Shown here in pieces: positions 27,202 through 35,775 of a stretch of 64,000 nt of DNA. A program made the position numbers and the translations under genes. This DNA comes from a virus. Each line of letters begins with the position of its first letter. The stretch's first letter is position 1. The DNA lies in the IMG/VR virus record IMGVR_UViG_3300042880_000852; one strand, 5' to 3'. The notes below the pieces were generated by a model that saw only the letters and a program-made list of their open reading frames with translations, did no database searches and was not told the origin of the DNA.

Positions 27202-29718
27202 TTACTTACCTTTATCTTCCTTTTTTTTAGAATTTTTAGGTTTTTTGATATCAACTTTAACATCTTCAATTTTGGTATTGTAAGAAATTGTGATTGTATC
27301 ACCAATACTAAGTTCACCCTCGAGTACTTTTTCAGAAATTGGGTCTTCTACGTACTTTTGGATTGCTCTATTTAAAGGACGTGCTCCATATTTTTCGTCA
27401 TAACCTTTTTCAACCAAATACTCTTTTAAAGTATCTTCAATTTTAAGGACATAACCCATTTCTTTAACACGACCAACTACTTCACTTAAAGGAATATCGA
27501 CAATTCTCTTAATATTTTCTTTGTCAAGTGATTTGAAAACAATAACATCGTCGATACGATTTAAAAATTCAGGTGAAAAGGCCTTCTTTAATGAATCTTG
27601 TATCACACCTTCAGCTATTTCATCGTGAGCATTATTTTTAGATTGAGTACCAAAACCCACACCAGTTCCAAACTCTTGAAGTTTACGAGCTCCTACGTTT
27701 GAAGTCATAATGATAAGACAGTTTTTAAAATCAACTTTACGACCTAAACCATCACTTAAATGACCATCATCAAATACTTGAAGTAAAACATTAAAAACAT
27801 CTGGATGTGCTTTTTCAACTTCATCTAAAAGAATTACCGAAAATGGTTTTCTTCTAATTTTTTCAGTCAACTGACCACCTTCTTCATACCCAACATAACC
27901 TGGAGGAGCCCCGATTAATTTAGATACCGTGTGTTTTTCCATATACTCAGACATGTCAACACGAATTAAAGATTCAGGAGAACCAAAAATACTTTCAGCT
28001 AACATTTTAGCTAAGTGAGTTTTACCTACACCTGTTGGACCTAGAAACATAAAAGAACCTATCGGTTTCTTTTGGTTTTTAATACCTACACGATTACGTT
28101 TAATTGCTTTAGTAATTTTATCGATAGCATTATCTTGACCAATAACTTTAGTCTTAATTTCCTTATCCATGTTACGGAGTTTTTCATTTTCACTTTGTGA
28201 AACTTTAGTAACAGGAATACCTGTAACCATAGAAACAACTTTGGCAACATCATCTTCATTAACAGTAGGTCTTACTCTATCAAGATTTTTGGCCCACTCA
28301 TTAGTGGAATGTTCTAAATCATCTTGTAAATGTTTTTCTTCATCACGAAGTTTTGCTGCGTCTTCATAACGTTGTTGTTTTACAACTTCAATTTTTTGAC
28401 GACCTACTTCAGTTATTTTTTCTTCAAGGTCAATAATTTCTTGTGGGGGTTTAATATGAACTTGCATTCTAGCCCCAACCTCATCTAAAATATCTATAGC
28501 TTTATCAGGTTGTTCACGGTCACTAATATAACGGTCAGCTAAATTAACACAAGCCTCAATAGCTTCAGTTGTATAATTCACCTTGTGATGGTCTTCATAC
28601 TTATTCTTAATGTTGTTAAGAATTATAAGTGTTTCATCTTTAGAAGGTGGATCAACCACTACCATTTGAAAACGTCTAGCCAAAGCTCCATCTTTTTCAA
28701 TATTCTCACGATATTCGTCAAGGGTTGTTGCCCCAATACATTGAACTTCTCCACGAGCCAAAGCTGGTTTTAAAATATTAGAAGCGTCTAGAGAACCTGA
28801 AGCATTACCCGCTCCAACCATTGTGTGAATTTCATCAATAAAAAGAATAACATCATCGGCTTTTTCAAGTTCTTGCATGATACCTTTCATTCTTTCTTCA
28901 AATTGACCCCGATATTTGGTTCCAGCAACTAAAGATGCTAAATCCAAACTTACAACACGTTTGTCAAAAAGAATACGAGGACATTTCCTCTCAACAATTT
29001 TAAGAGCTAACCCCTCAACGATTGCGGTTTTACCCACACCAGGTTCACCAATAAGAATTGGATTGTTCTTTTTACGTCTTGAAAGAATTTGTGACACTCT
29101 CTCAATCTCATCTTCCCTTCCAATAATTGGGTCTATCTGACCTTCAGAGGCAAGTTTTGTAATGTCTCGACCAAAATTGTCAAGTACTGGGGTTGTTGAT
29201 TTACCTTGAGCAGCTTTTTTAGCTTTTTTACCCAAGTCGTCGATTTCTTCAAAGTCTCCTGTCATATTCATTATTTTTTGTTTCTTTAAATGTAATAAAG
29301 TTTCTTTAAAAGTTCTATAGGTAATACCCTGATTTCCTAAAACTTTTGTACCGTCTAACGATTTATTTTTTAAAATAGATAAAAACAAATGTTCCACACC
29401 AATAGAATCATCACGTAATTTATCAGATTCAAGTTCAGCGGAACTGATAGCGTTTTTTGATGACTCACTAAAAGGTACTATTTTTAGTTCTACAATATTA
29501 GGATTTTTTATTTTAAATCTCAAGTAACCTTCTAATTTTTCCATCAAATCGTCAACATCAGAACCCATGGCCTCTAACACCTCAATTACTTGATTATCAT
29601 CAAGGTTTAAAATAGAAAGTAATAGATGTTCGGGTTTTATTTTGTTTTCACCAAATCTTACTGATTCTTTAAAAGCCTCTTTCATTATAGCTTTTAAATT
29701 AGGCGTCATTTTTTTCAT
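27202..29718 (-). CDS. ClpC/ClpA-like double-ring AAA+ unfoldase (Clp ATPase)
   Basis: Clp N-domain repeats; Walker A in AAA-1 GEPGVGKTA and in AAA-2 GPTGVGKT; sensor motifs; short UVR-like linker; start chosen at MKKMTPNL (29718). Confidence 0.85.
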   Translation of the reverse strand: MKKMTPNLKAIMKEAFKESVRFGENKIKPEHLLLSILNLDDNQVIEVLEAMGSDVDDLMEKLEGYLRFKIKNPNIVELKIVPFSESSKNAISSAELESDKLRDDSIGVEHLFLSILKNKSLDGTKVLGNQGITYRTFKETLLHLKKQKIMNMTGDFEEIDDLGKKAKKAAQGKSTTPVLDNFGRDITKLASEGQIDPIIGREDEIERVSQILSRRKKNNPILIGEPGVGKTAIVEGLALKIVERKCPRILFDKRVVSLDLASLVAGTKYRGQFEERMKGIMQELEKADDVILFIDEIHTMVGAGNASGSLDASNILKPALARGEVQCIGATTLDEYRENIEKDGALARRFQMVVVDPPSKDETLIILNNIKNKYEDHHKVNYTTEAIEACVNLADRYISDREQPDKAIDILDEVGARMQVHIKPPQEIIDLEEKITEVGRQKIEVVKQQRYEDAAKLRDEEKHLQDDLEHSTNEWAKNLDRVRPTVNEDDVAKVVSMVTGIPVTKVSQSENEKLRNMDKEIKTKVIGQDNAIDKITKAIKRNRVGIKNQKKPIGSFMFLGPTGVGKTHLAKMLAESIFGSPESLIRVDMSEYMEKHTVSKLIGAPPGYVGYEEGGQLTEKIRRKPFSVILLDEVEKAHPDVFNVLLQVFDDGHLSDGLGRKVDFKNCLIIMTSNVGARKLQEFGTGVGFGTQSKNNAHDEIAEGVIQDSLKKAFSPEFLNRIDDVIVFKSLDKENIKRIVDIPLSEVVGRVKEMGYVLKIEDTLKEYLVEKGYDEKYGARPLNRAIQKYVEDPISEKVLEGELSIGDTITISYNTKIEDVKVDIKKPKNSKKKEDKGK

Positions 29719-29828
29719 TTTCCTAACTTTATTTAAATGAAATATATTTAAAAATAAGGGAAAGAAAAGTTTACAGAACAATTCCCTTTTATTGGTAAAA
29801 TTATTAGTTTTAAATAAAAATTAGACAT

Positions 29829-30020
29829 ATGTTATACAAAAAACTTACACTTTGGATTAAAGACAATGGTTCTGTAATCGCTTTAGAATATCACAGGGTT
29901 ATGGTGACAGTATCTGGTGATTACATGATACTTTCACTTCATAATGATGATAGTACAGAAGTTACTACTGAGGTACACCATTTAAGTACCATAAAGAATT
30001 GGAAAACTTACATTAATTAA
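29829..30020 (+). CDS. hypothetical protein
   Basis: 63-aa ORF. Confidence 0.35.
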   Translation: MLYKKLTLWIKDNGSVIALEYHRVMVTVSGDYMILSLHNDDSTEVTTEVHHLSTIKNWKTYIN

Positions 30021-30340
30021 TGTTTATAGAAAGAAATGAAAAAGACGGGGTAATTTCCTGTCTTTTTAAATCATCCAATATCTTGGCATCAGATTATAAT
30101 CAAGAAAAAAAAGAATTAACTATAATCTTTAACGCAGGACGTAGATATACATATTCTGATGTTAATCACAAAGATTACCATCGTTTTGAAATGGCTGAGA
30201 GTCAAGGTCAATTTTTCAATAAGTACATTAAAAAGTACCCAACAAAGAAAAATAGTGATATTAACCCAGCAGAATTGTTAAACAGAGTAACAGAAATTTT
30301 AAATGAGCAAAATAGAACAACAATACCTAAATCTTCTTAA
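30020..30340 (+). CDS. KTSC-domain protein
   Basis: L.I.F..G..Y.Y.DV....Y..F..A.S.G.FFN.YI..Y matches the KTSC domain pattern. Confidence 0.5.
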   Translation: MFIERNEKDGVISCLFKSSNILASDYNQEKKELTIIFNAGRRYTYSDVNHKDYHRFEMAESQGQFFNKYIKKYPTKKNSDINPAELLNRVTEILNEQNRTTIPKSS

Positions 30341-30517
30341 AGATATCTTAGAAAATGGAACAAGAAAAAATGGATGAAAAATACTTAGAAGATAACATGG
30401 ATATGATATTTGGTACTGAATGTATAAACGGTAGTTTTAGTGTAAATCTTCGTAAAAAATTAGAAAATAATGTAGTAGAAAAAGATGATAGAACATATTT
30501 ATCTAATAAAGAAAAAT

Positions 30518-31261
30518 ATGGTAATATACAAGACTACAAATTTGGTGAATGATAAAATCTATATCGGACAAGACAAAAACAATAACCCAAATTATTTAGG
30601 TTCTGGTAAAAAATTAAAAAGAGCTATTAAAAAATACGGTAAAAATAATTTTTTAAAAGAGGTTATTGAAATTTGTGATAGTGAAGAGTTACTAAATGAA
30701 AGGGAGATTTTTTGGATATCTTATTATAAATCAACAGATAGAAAAACAGGTTATAACATAAGTGACGGTAGTAAAGAAGGTGATAGAAGATTAGGGTATA
30801 ATTCTCTTATAAAAAAAGGTAGGTATAAAACTTGGTTAGAAAAATACGGTAAAGAGGAGGCTGATAGAAAACATCATGAATGGAAACAAAAAATATCCGA
30901 TTATCAAAAAATAAAAATGTTAAATGGTTGGTCTCACACTGAAGAGGTTAGAAAAAAAATCTCAGAAGCACAAAAAGGTAAAATTCTTACTCAAGAAACA
31001 AGAGATAAGATGAGAAAACCAAAACCAAATGGGTTTTCAGAAACCATATCAAAAATTAAAAAAGGTGTGCCTTTAGGACCTTCAAAAAGAAGAAAACCGG
31101 TTGACCAATTTGATTTAAAATGGAATTATATTAAAACTTGGGAGAGTATAAGTAAAGTTGAACAAGAGTTGAGAATTTATAACATAAACGCGGTCTGTAA
31201 AGATAAACAAGATACTGCCGGTGGGTATAGATGGAAATATAGTATAAAAGAAAATGAATAA
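30518..31261 (+). CDS. GIY-YIG homing endonuclease (Seg/I-TevI-like) with NUMOD3-like repeats
   Basis: VIYKTTNLVNDKIYIGQD...YLGSG..L..AI.KYG GIY-YIG motif; C-terminal GWSHTEEVRKKISEAQKGK NUMOD3 repeats; overlaps the thyA start. Confidence 0.7.
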   Translation: MVIYKTTNLVNDKIYIGQDKNNNPNYLGSGKKLKRAIKKYGKNNFLKEVIEICDSEELLNEREIFWISYYKSTDRKTGYNISDGSKEGDRRLGYNSLIKKGRYKTWLEKYGKEEADRKHHEWKQKISDYQKIKMLNGWSHTEEVRKKISEAQKGKILTQETRDKMRKPKPNGFSETISKIKKGVPLGPSKRRKPVDQFDLKWNYIKTWESISKVEQELRIYNINAVCKDKQDTAGGYRWKYSIKENE

Positions 31262-32498
31262 ATTAGATTTAGATTACCAAAACCTATTAAGAGATATATT
31301 AGAGAATGGTACAAAAAAAGAAACTAGAAATGGTGGCACTATCTCAGTATTTGGAAGACAACTCCGACATGATTTTCGGGACGGATTTCCTCTACTCACC
31401 ACCAAGCGAATGGCTTTTAAAGCGATTGTCACCGAGTTATTATGGTTTCTTAGAGGAGACACAAACATCAAATACTTAGTTGACAACAATTGTCATATTT
31501 GGGATGGTGATGCTTATAAGAACTTTGAAAAGAGATATTATAAAGAGATTTTTAATTATGAAACGGGTTCTCATAATAGATTAATGAGTTTAGATGAATT
31601 CATACTCAATATCAAAACAAATGATGAGTTTGCTAATAAGTGGGGTGATTTAGGTCCAATTTATGGTAAGCAATGGAGAAGTTGGGAAGGTGTAATAAAA
31701 AAACAATTAACATCTATAAGCTATGAAATGAATTGGGGTAGTCTTGACCAAATCACAAACCTAATCAATGACCTTAAAACAAATCCAGACTCAAGACGAT
31801 TAATGGTTAATGCTTGGAATGTAGGTGAATTAGACCAAATGGTACTTCCACCTTGTCATTATGGATTTCAAGTTTATACAAGAGAGTTGAGTTTAGAAGA
31901 GAGAAAACAAATCTTCGATGACAGAGGCTATGTTTGTGATTTATGGCCTTTTAATGGTGATTGGCACGGTGAGTATGATGGTTTTGGAATACCTAGTAGA
32001 GCAATCTCATTAATGTGGAATCAACGTTCAGTAGATACATTCTTAGGTTTACCATTCAACATTGCTTCTTATGGATTGTTATTAGAGATAATCGCTAAAG
32101 CAGTCAACATGATTCCTGATGAATTGATTGGTAATTTAGGTGATGTACATTTATATTCAAATCATGTTGAACAAGCTAAGGAACAGATTGGTAGAGATTA
32201 TTCAGTTGGAGAAAGATTAGAATTTTTATCTGAAAAAAAACCTGACTTTAATCCTGAAACCGCTTTTGGTATTACAAAACACATTGATAGTTATTGTCAT
32301 TATGTTATTGACGATTACAGTATTCCTAGAAGAACAAGGGAACCTTATCCACTACCTAAACTAAATATTAATTCAGGTAACGAAAATTGGCATCTATTAG
32401 ATATTGATGATATTATAAATTCTTTAGATAATGAACTAACTTTTAAATTAGAAAACTATCAATCACACCCTAAAATATCAGCACCTTTAAGTAATTAA
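31254..32498 (+). CDS. thyA: thymidylate synthase (ThyA) with lineage-specific insertions
   Basis: LWFL.GDTN, GDLGPIYGKQWR, DQIT..I..LK.NPDSRR..V.AWN, catalytic PPCH, DTFLGLPFNIASYGLL and HLYSNH motifs. Confidence 0.9.
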   Translation: MNKLDLDYQNLLRDILENGTKKETRNGGTISVFGRQLRHDFRDGFPLLTTKRMAFKAIVTELLWFLRGDTNIKYLVDNNCHIWDGDAYKNFEKRYYKEIFNYETGSHNRLMSLDEFILNIKTNDEFANKWGDLGPIYGKQWRSWEGVIKKQLTSISYEMNWGSLDQITNLINDLKTNPDSRRLMVNAWNVGELDQMVLPPCHYGFQVYTRELSLEERKQIFDDRGYVCDLWPFNGDWHGEYDGFGIPSRAISLMWNQRSVDTFLGLPFNIASYGLLLEIIAKAVNMIPDELIGNLGDVHLYSNHVEQAKEQIGRDYSVGERLEFLSEKKPDFNPETAFGITKHIDSYCHYVIDDYSIPRRTREPYPLPKLNINSGNENWHLLDIDDIINSLDNELTFKLENYQSHPKISAPLSN

Positions 32499-32501
32499 AT
32501 T

Positions 32502-32822
32502 ATGTCAAAAAGAAGAGCAAAATACCAAAAAATAATTAAAGAATGGAATGAAGCTACACCACAAGAAATATGGGAAGGCATCAGAGACAATTTTACTTTT
32601 GGTTTCATAGGTGCAACACTTGTTGTATTTATAGCATTAAAAATAGATATAGCCGTTTTAGTTGGTTACTTATCTTATTACATGTTTATGGGTAAAATAG
32701 TAAACAGACCTAAATATGTAACTGATTTAGGACAACTTATAGTATTCCCAGTACCATCCGCTTTAGGGGCATTTACTGGTTATAAACTATCATACGCTTT
32801 AATTCAACTTTTAACTTATTAA
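32502..32822 (+). CDS. small membrane protein
   Basis: two hydrophobic helices. Confidence 0.4.
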   Translation: MSKRRAKYQKIIKEWNEATPQEIWEGIRDNFTFGFIGATLVVFIALKIDIAVLVGYLSYYMFMGKIVNRPKYVTDLGQLIVFPVPSALGAFTGYKLSYALIQLLTY

Positions 32823-32833
32823 AAATATAAAAT

Positions 32834-33037
32834 ATGGAAAATAAAAAATACGAGGCTGGTTCAGTTAATACAGCTGAAATTAAAGAAACAATAAAATCAA
32901 TTGAGGTATTAACTTCTCAGTATAAAAAAAGAAGATTAAATACTGAAAACTACATTAAGTTAATACACGAAAATTTGTCTAACTTAACAAATCAAAGAAA
33001 CTATAGGGAATATTTAAATAAAATCGGACAAAATTAA
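32834..33037 (+). CDS. hypothetical protein
   Basis: 67-aa ORF. Confidence 0.35.
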   Translation: MENKKYEAGSVNTAEIKETIKSIEVLTSQYKKRRLNTENYIKLIHENLSNLTNQRNYREYLNKIGQN

Positions 33038-33038
33038 T

Positions 33039-33275
33039 ATGTTCATACAAATTTTACCTGACGAATTAATAGAGGAGTTCAGAGCTCCTTGGAAACAACA
33101 ATTGATTAAAAATCTACACATAGATTATGCGACTAATGCGATACATGGTTGGTTTGAAGACAAAGAAGTTATTATTTTTAGATTTAAAGATTATGGTTGG
33201 GTTATGGATAATAGAAATTCTGGGTATAAAATATCAAATGGTGGTGCCGGAATTTTAATTTGTGTAAAAACTTAA
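33039..33275 (+). CDS. hypothetical protein
   Basis: 78-aa ORF. Confidence 0.35.
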   Translation: MFIQILPDELIEEFRAPWKQQLIKNLHIDYATNAIHGWFEDKEVIIFRFKDYGWVMDNRNSGYKISNGGAGILICVKT

Positions 33276-33287
33276 ATATTTATAATT

Positions 33288-33539
33288 ATGAAAAAAATTT
33301 ATTATCTAATCATATTTTTAGGGTTTTATAGTTGTACACCTAAGTACAAAGAATTATTTGACCTAAAATATAAAGAACATGAGTCTTTGAAGAAAAAATA
33401 CGAAAGTTTACATTACGAGTACATAACAATAAAAGACGAAAAAGAATACTTAAGAGACCAATGTAGAGTTTTCTATATGGAAAAAGAAAACCTTAACTTT
33501 AAAATAGATTCTTTGAAAAAAGTTATATCAGGAAAATAA
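33288..33539 (+). CDS. small putative lipoprotein
   Basis: MKKIYYLIIFLGFYSC signal with Cys16 (lipobox-like). Confidence 0.35.
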   Translation: MKKIYYLIIFLGFYSCTPKYKELFDLKYKEHESLKKKYESLHYEYITIKDEKEYLRDQCRVFYMEKENLNFKIDSLKKVISGK

Positions 33540-33615
33540 AAAAGATATTATTATATTTGAAAAAAATTGGTGATGCTCAAATAAGAATGATGTTACATTC
33601 TGGTTGGGGTAAGTT

Positions 33616-33948
33616 TTAAATTTGTTGATAAACTTTAACGTCATATATTGTTAAACAAGGTCTGTCATCAGCAGTAACTTCAGATTTTGTTTTATAAAAA
33701 AATACAGGACCTTCCGTATAGGCAATATATCGAAGGTCTTTTGTTTGCTCATCATAACCTAAAAATAAAACTTTAATATCTTCATATCCGTATTTAGTTA
33801 ATATTTTTTTAACCAAATACTTTAAATCAGCACCAGTACATTCTATTGATTCTAACTTAGTTGCAATATCCTCAATATTAAAGTCGTTGATACGAGTTTC
33901 AATTAATTTCTTAAGTTGATGTTCTTTTAGTATGATTTTTCTCTTCAT
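33616..33948 (-). CDS. hypothetical protein with N-terminal leader (MKRKIILKE...)
   Basis: in-frame ATG at 33948 gives N-terminus MKRKIILKEHQLKKLIE, matching the KIL(K/R)E leader family. Confidence 0.4.
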   Translation of the reverse strand: MKRKIILKEHQLKKLIETRINDFNIEDIATKLESIECTGADLKYLVKKILTKYGYEDIKVLFLGYDEQTKDLRYIAYTEGPVFFYKTKSEVTADDRPCLTIYDVKVYQQI

Positions 33949-33952
33949 TTTA

Positions 33953-34549
33953 TTACAATAATCTGTTTCTTTTGATATTACGATTAACCTTACTACAAAG
34001 TGGCTGTAAATTTGTGTAATGAAATAATTGTAATAACTCATCTTTAGTCTTTACCGAAGATAAGGGTGTGATATAATCTATATCCCAACCGTAATTTAAC
34101 TCACCGTTATATAAACCGTAATTATCCCAAGACATCCAATCTTCAAATTTAGATTCTAAATGTCTTTTAAAATCTTCAAATGAACAACCTAAAATTTGAT
34201 TTGCTTTTACTTGTGAAGTGTATTTTTTTCTTTTAAGACTTTGTTTAACCTGATTTTTTATTTTAATGGATAATTTAAACAAGGGATTATTTTTTCTTTT
34301 TAGTTTTTGATACTCTACACTATTTTTTACTATTTTTTCTTTATTACTTGAATAATACTTTTCCCAGTAATTTGAATTATTGTCCTTCCATAACTTATTA
34401 TATTCAGTCAACTTATCTTTATTTATTTTTTTATAAGTTTTTTGGTAATTTTTTCTTTTTTCTTTATATTCAGGGTCATTTTTTTTACTAAGATAATGTT
34501 GTTTTCTTTTTTCTAAAATATCTTTTTTATTTCTTTCGTAGTAAGTCAT
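33953..34549 (-). CDS. HNH-endonuclease-like protein, probably degenerate (paralog of 60612..61544)
   Basis: shares the lysine-rich repeat region and MSWDNYG...NLQPL with ORF 60612, but the HVDH catalytic site is replaced by DIDY. Confidence 0.45.
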   Translation of the reverse strand: MTYYERNKKDILEKRKQHYLSKKNDPEYKEKRKNYQKTYKKINKDKLTEYNKLWKDNNSNYWEKYYSSNKEKIVKNSVEYQKLKRKNNPLFKLSIKIKNQVKQSLKRKKYTSQVKANQILGCSFEDFKRHLESKFEDWMSWDNYGLYNGELNYGWDIDYITPLSSVKTKDELLQLFHYTNLQPLCSKVNRNIKRNRLL

Positions 34550-34605
34550 AAAATAATCTTCTTTTTCATTCTTTTTAATAAATATCTCGAATATTTATAA
34601 TGTAG

Positions 34606-35427
34606 ATGAAAAAGGCTACACAAATAAAAGAAATTAGTAAAGTTACTAAAAGTGATAGGTATGTAGATTTAACAGGTTTTAAAATGCAAGATGATTTAAA
34701 TCCTAAAATTTGGGATAAAAATCAAAAATTACGTCCTGAAATTAGAAAAAACTTACTTAAAATTGCTGACGATTATATTGAAAGTTTAGAAATTGAAAAT
34801 CTTGACATTGATGACGTTACTTTTACAGGTAGTTTAGCGAATTATAATTGGTCACAATACTCTGATGTTGATTTACACATTCTTATTGATTATAAGGAAA
34901 TCCCTGTCGATGAGACCTTAGTTCAAGATTTTTTAAAATCTAAAAGTACGGCATGGAATCAAAATCATGATATAAAAATTTATGGTTATGATGTTGAACT
35001 TTACGTTCAGGATATATCAGAAGAACATGTTTCAACTGGTGTTTATTCCATTTTAAAAAATGAATGGATAGTACAACCTGAAAAAAAAGTTATCACTGTT
35101 GATGATAAAAACGTAAGGCTAAAAGCTAATCGTATAATGGATTCAATTGATGATTTATACGATGAAATGAAAAAATCAAAAAATTACGACGATGTTGTAA
35201 TTAAATCAGATAAAATAAAAGATAAAATTAAAAAAATGCGTCAAGCTGGTTTAGATGAGGCAGGTGAATTTTCAGTAGAAAACATGGTCTTTAAAGTATT
35301 AAGACGTAATGGTATGTTGGAAAGACTTTCTGATATCAAAACTGTGGCTTACGATAAATCTGTTACGTTAGAAAATAACAGATATTTATATAAAAAAATA
35401 TTAAAAAATGGCATGTCGTTGTTATAA
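34606..35427 (+). CDS. Pol-beta-superfamily nucleotidyltransferase
   Basis: GS-x(10)-DVD signature (FTGSLANYNWSQYSDVDLHIL) of minimal/CD-type nucleotidyltransferases. Confidence 0.5.
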   Translation: MKKATQIKEISKVTKSDRYVDLTGFKMQDDLNPKIWDKNQKLRPEIRKNLLKIADDYIESLEIENLDIDDVTFTGSLANYNWSQYSDVDLHILIDYKEIPVDETLVQDFLKSKSTAWNQNHDIKIYGYDVELYVQDISEEHVSTGVYSILKNEWIVQPEKKVITVDDKNVRLKANRIMDSIDDLYDEMKKSKNYDDVVIKSDKIKDKIKKMRQAGLDEAGEFSVENMVFKVLRRNGMLERLSDIKTVAYDKSVTLENNRYLYKKILKNGMSLL

Positions 35428-35767
35428 AATAGTTCAAGGTGGCTCAGGAGCCTGTGACTTTGATTATATAGATTGTAATGGTGTTTCAGGTACAACTAGT
35501 TTTCTTGCTGAATCAACAAATTATATTTGTATTAGGTCGGTTACAAGTTCTACTTGTGATTCTTATACAGATAACGCACCTTGTTATAATGGTGTTTGTT
35601 TAACTGGTACAACTGACCAATTATTATACGGTTTATTAAACACATTGGGACCTTGTCCTGATATCTGTGACGGAACAACCCCTGTTGGTGGTCCTGCTGG
35701 CATTGGCCTTGTTGATATTAAAACAGGTCGAGCTTTAAAACCTAACGGTGAATCTTACTTACCTTAA
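35408..35767 (+). CDS. Cys-rich small protein sharing a C-terminal module with 35776..38082
   Basis: C-terminus PCYNGVC...DQLLYGLLNTLGPCPDICDG..GGPAGIGLVDIKTG parallels the C-terminus of the next ORF. Confidence 0.5.
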   Translation: MACRCYKIVQGGSGACDFDYIDCNGVSGTTSFLAESTNYICIRSVTSSTCDSYTDNAPCYNGVCLTGTTDQLLYGLLNTLGPCPDICDGTTPVGGPAGIGLVDIKTGRALKPNGESYLP

Positions 35768-35775
35768 TTTAAAAT

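Noticed and set aside
28169-29140. Plus-strand ORFs 28169..28369, 28585..28773 and 28916..29140
   Set aside because: They lie antisense within the well-supported ClpC-like gene and have no independent signals; treated as frame shadows.
31254-32498. Group I intron in thyA, as in T4 td
   Set aside because: The ThyA ORF is continuous through all conserved motifs. The extra length is explained by in-frame protein insertions, not by a non-coding interruption.
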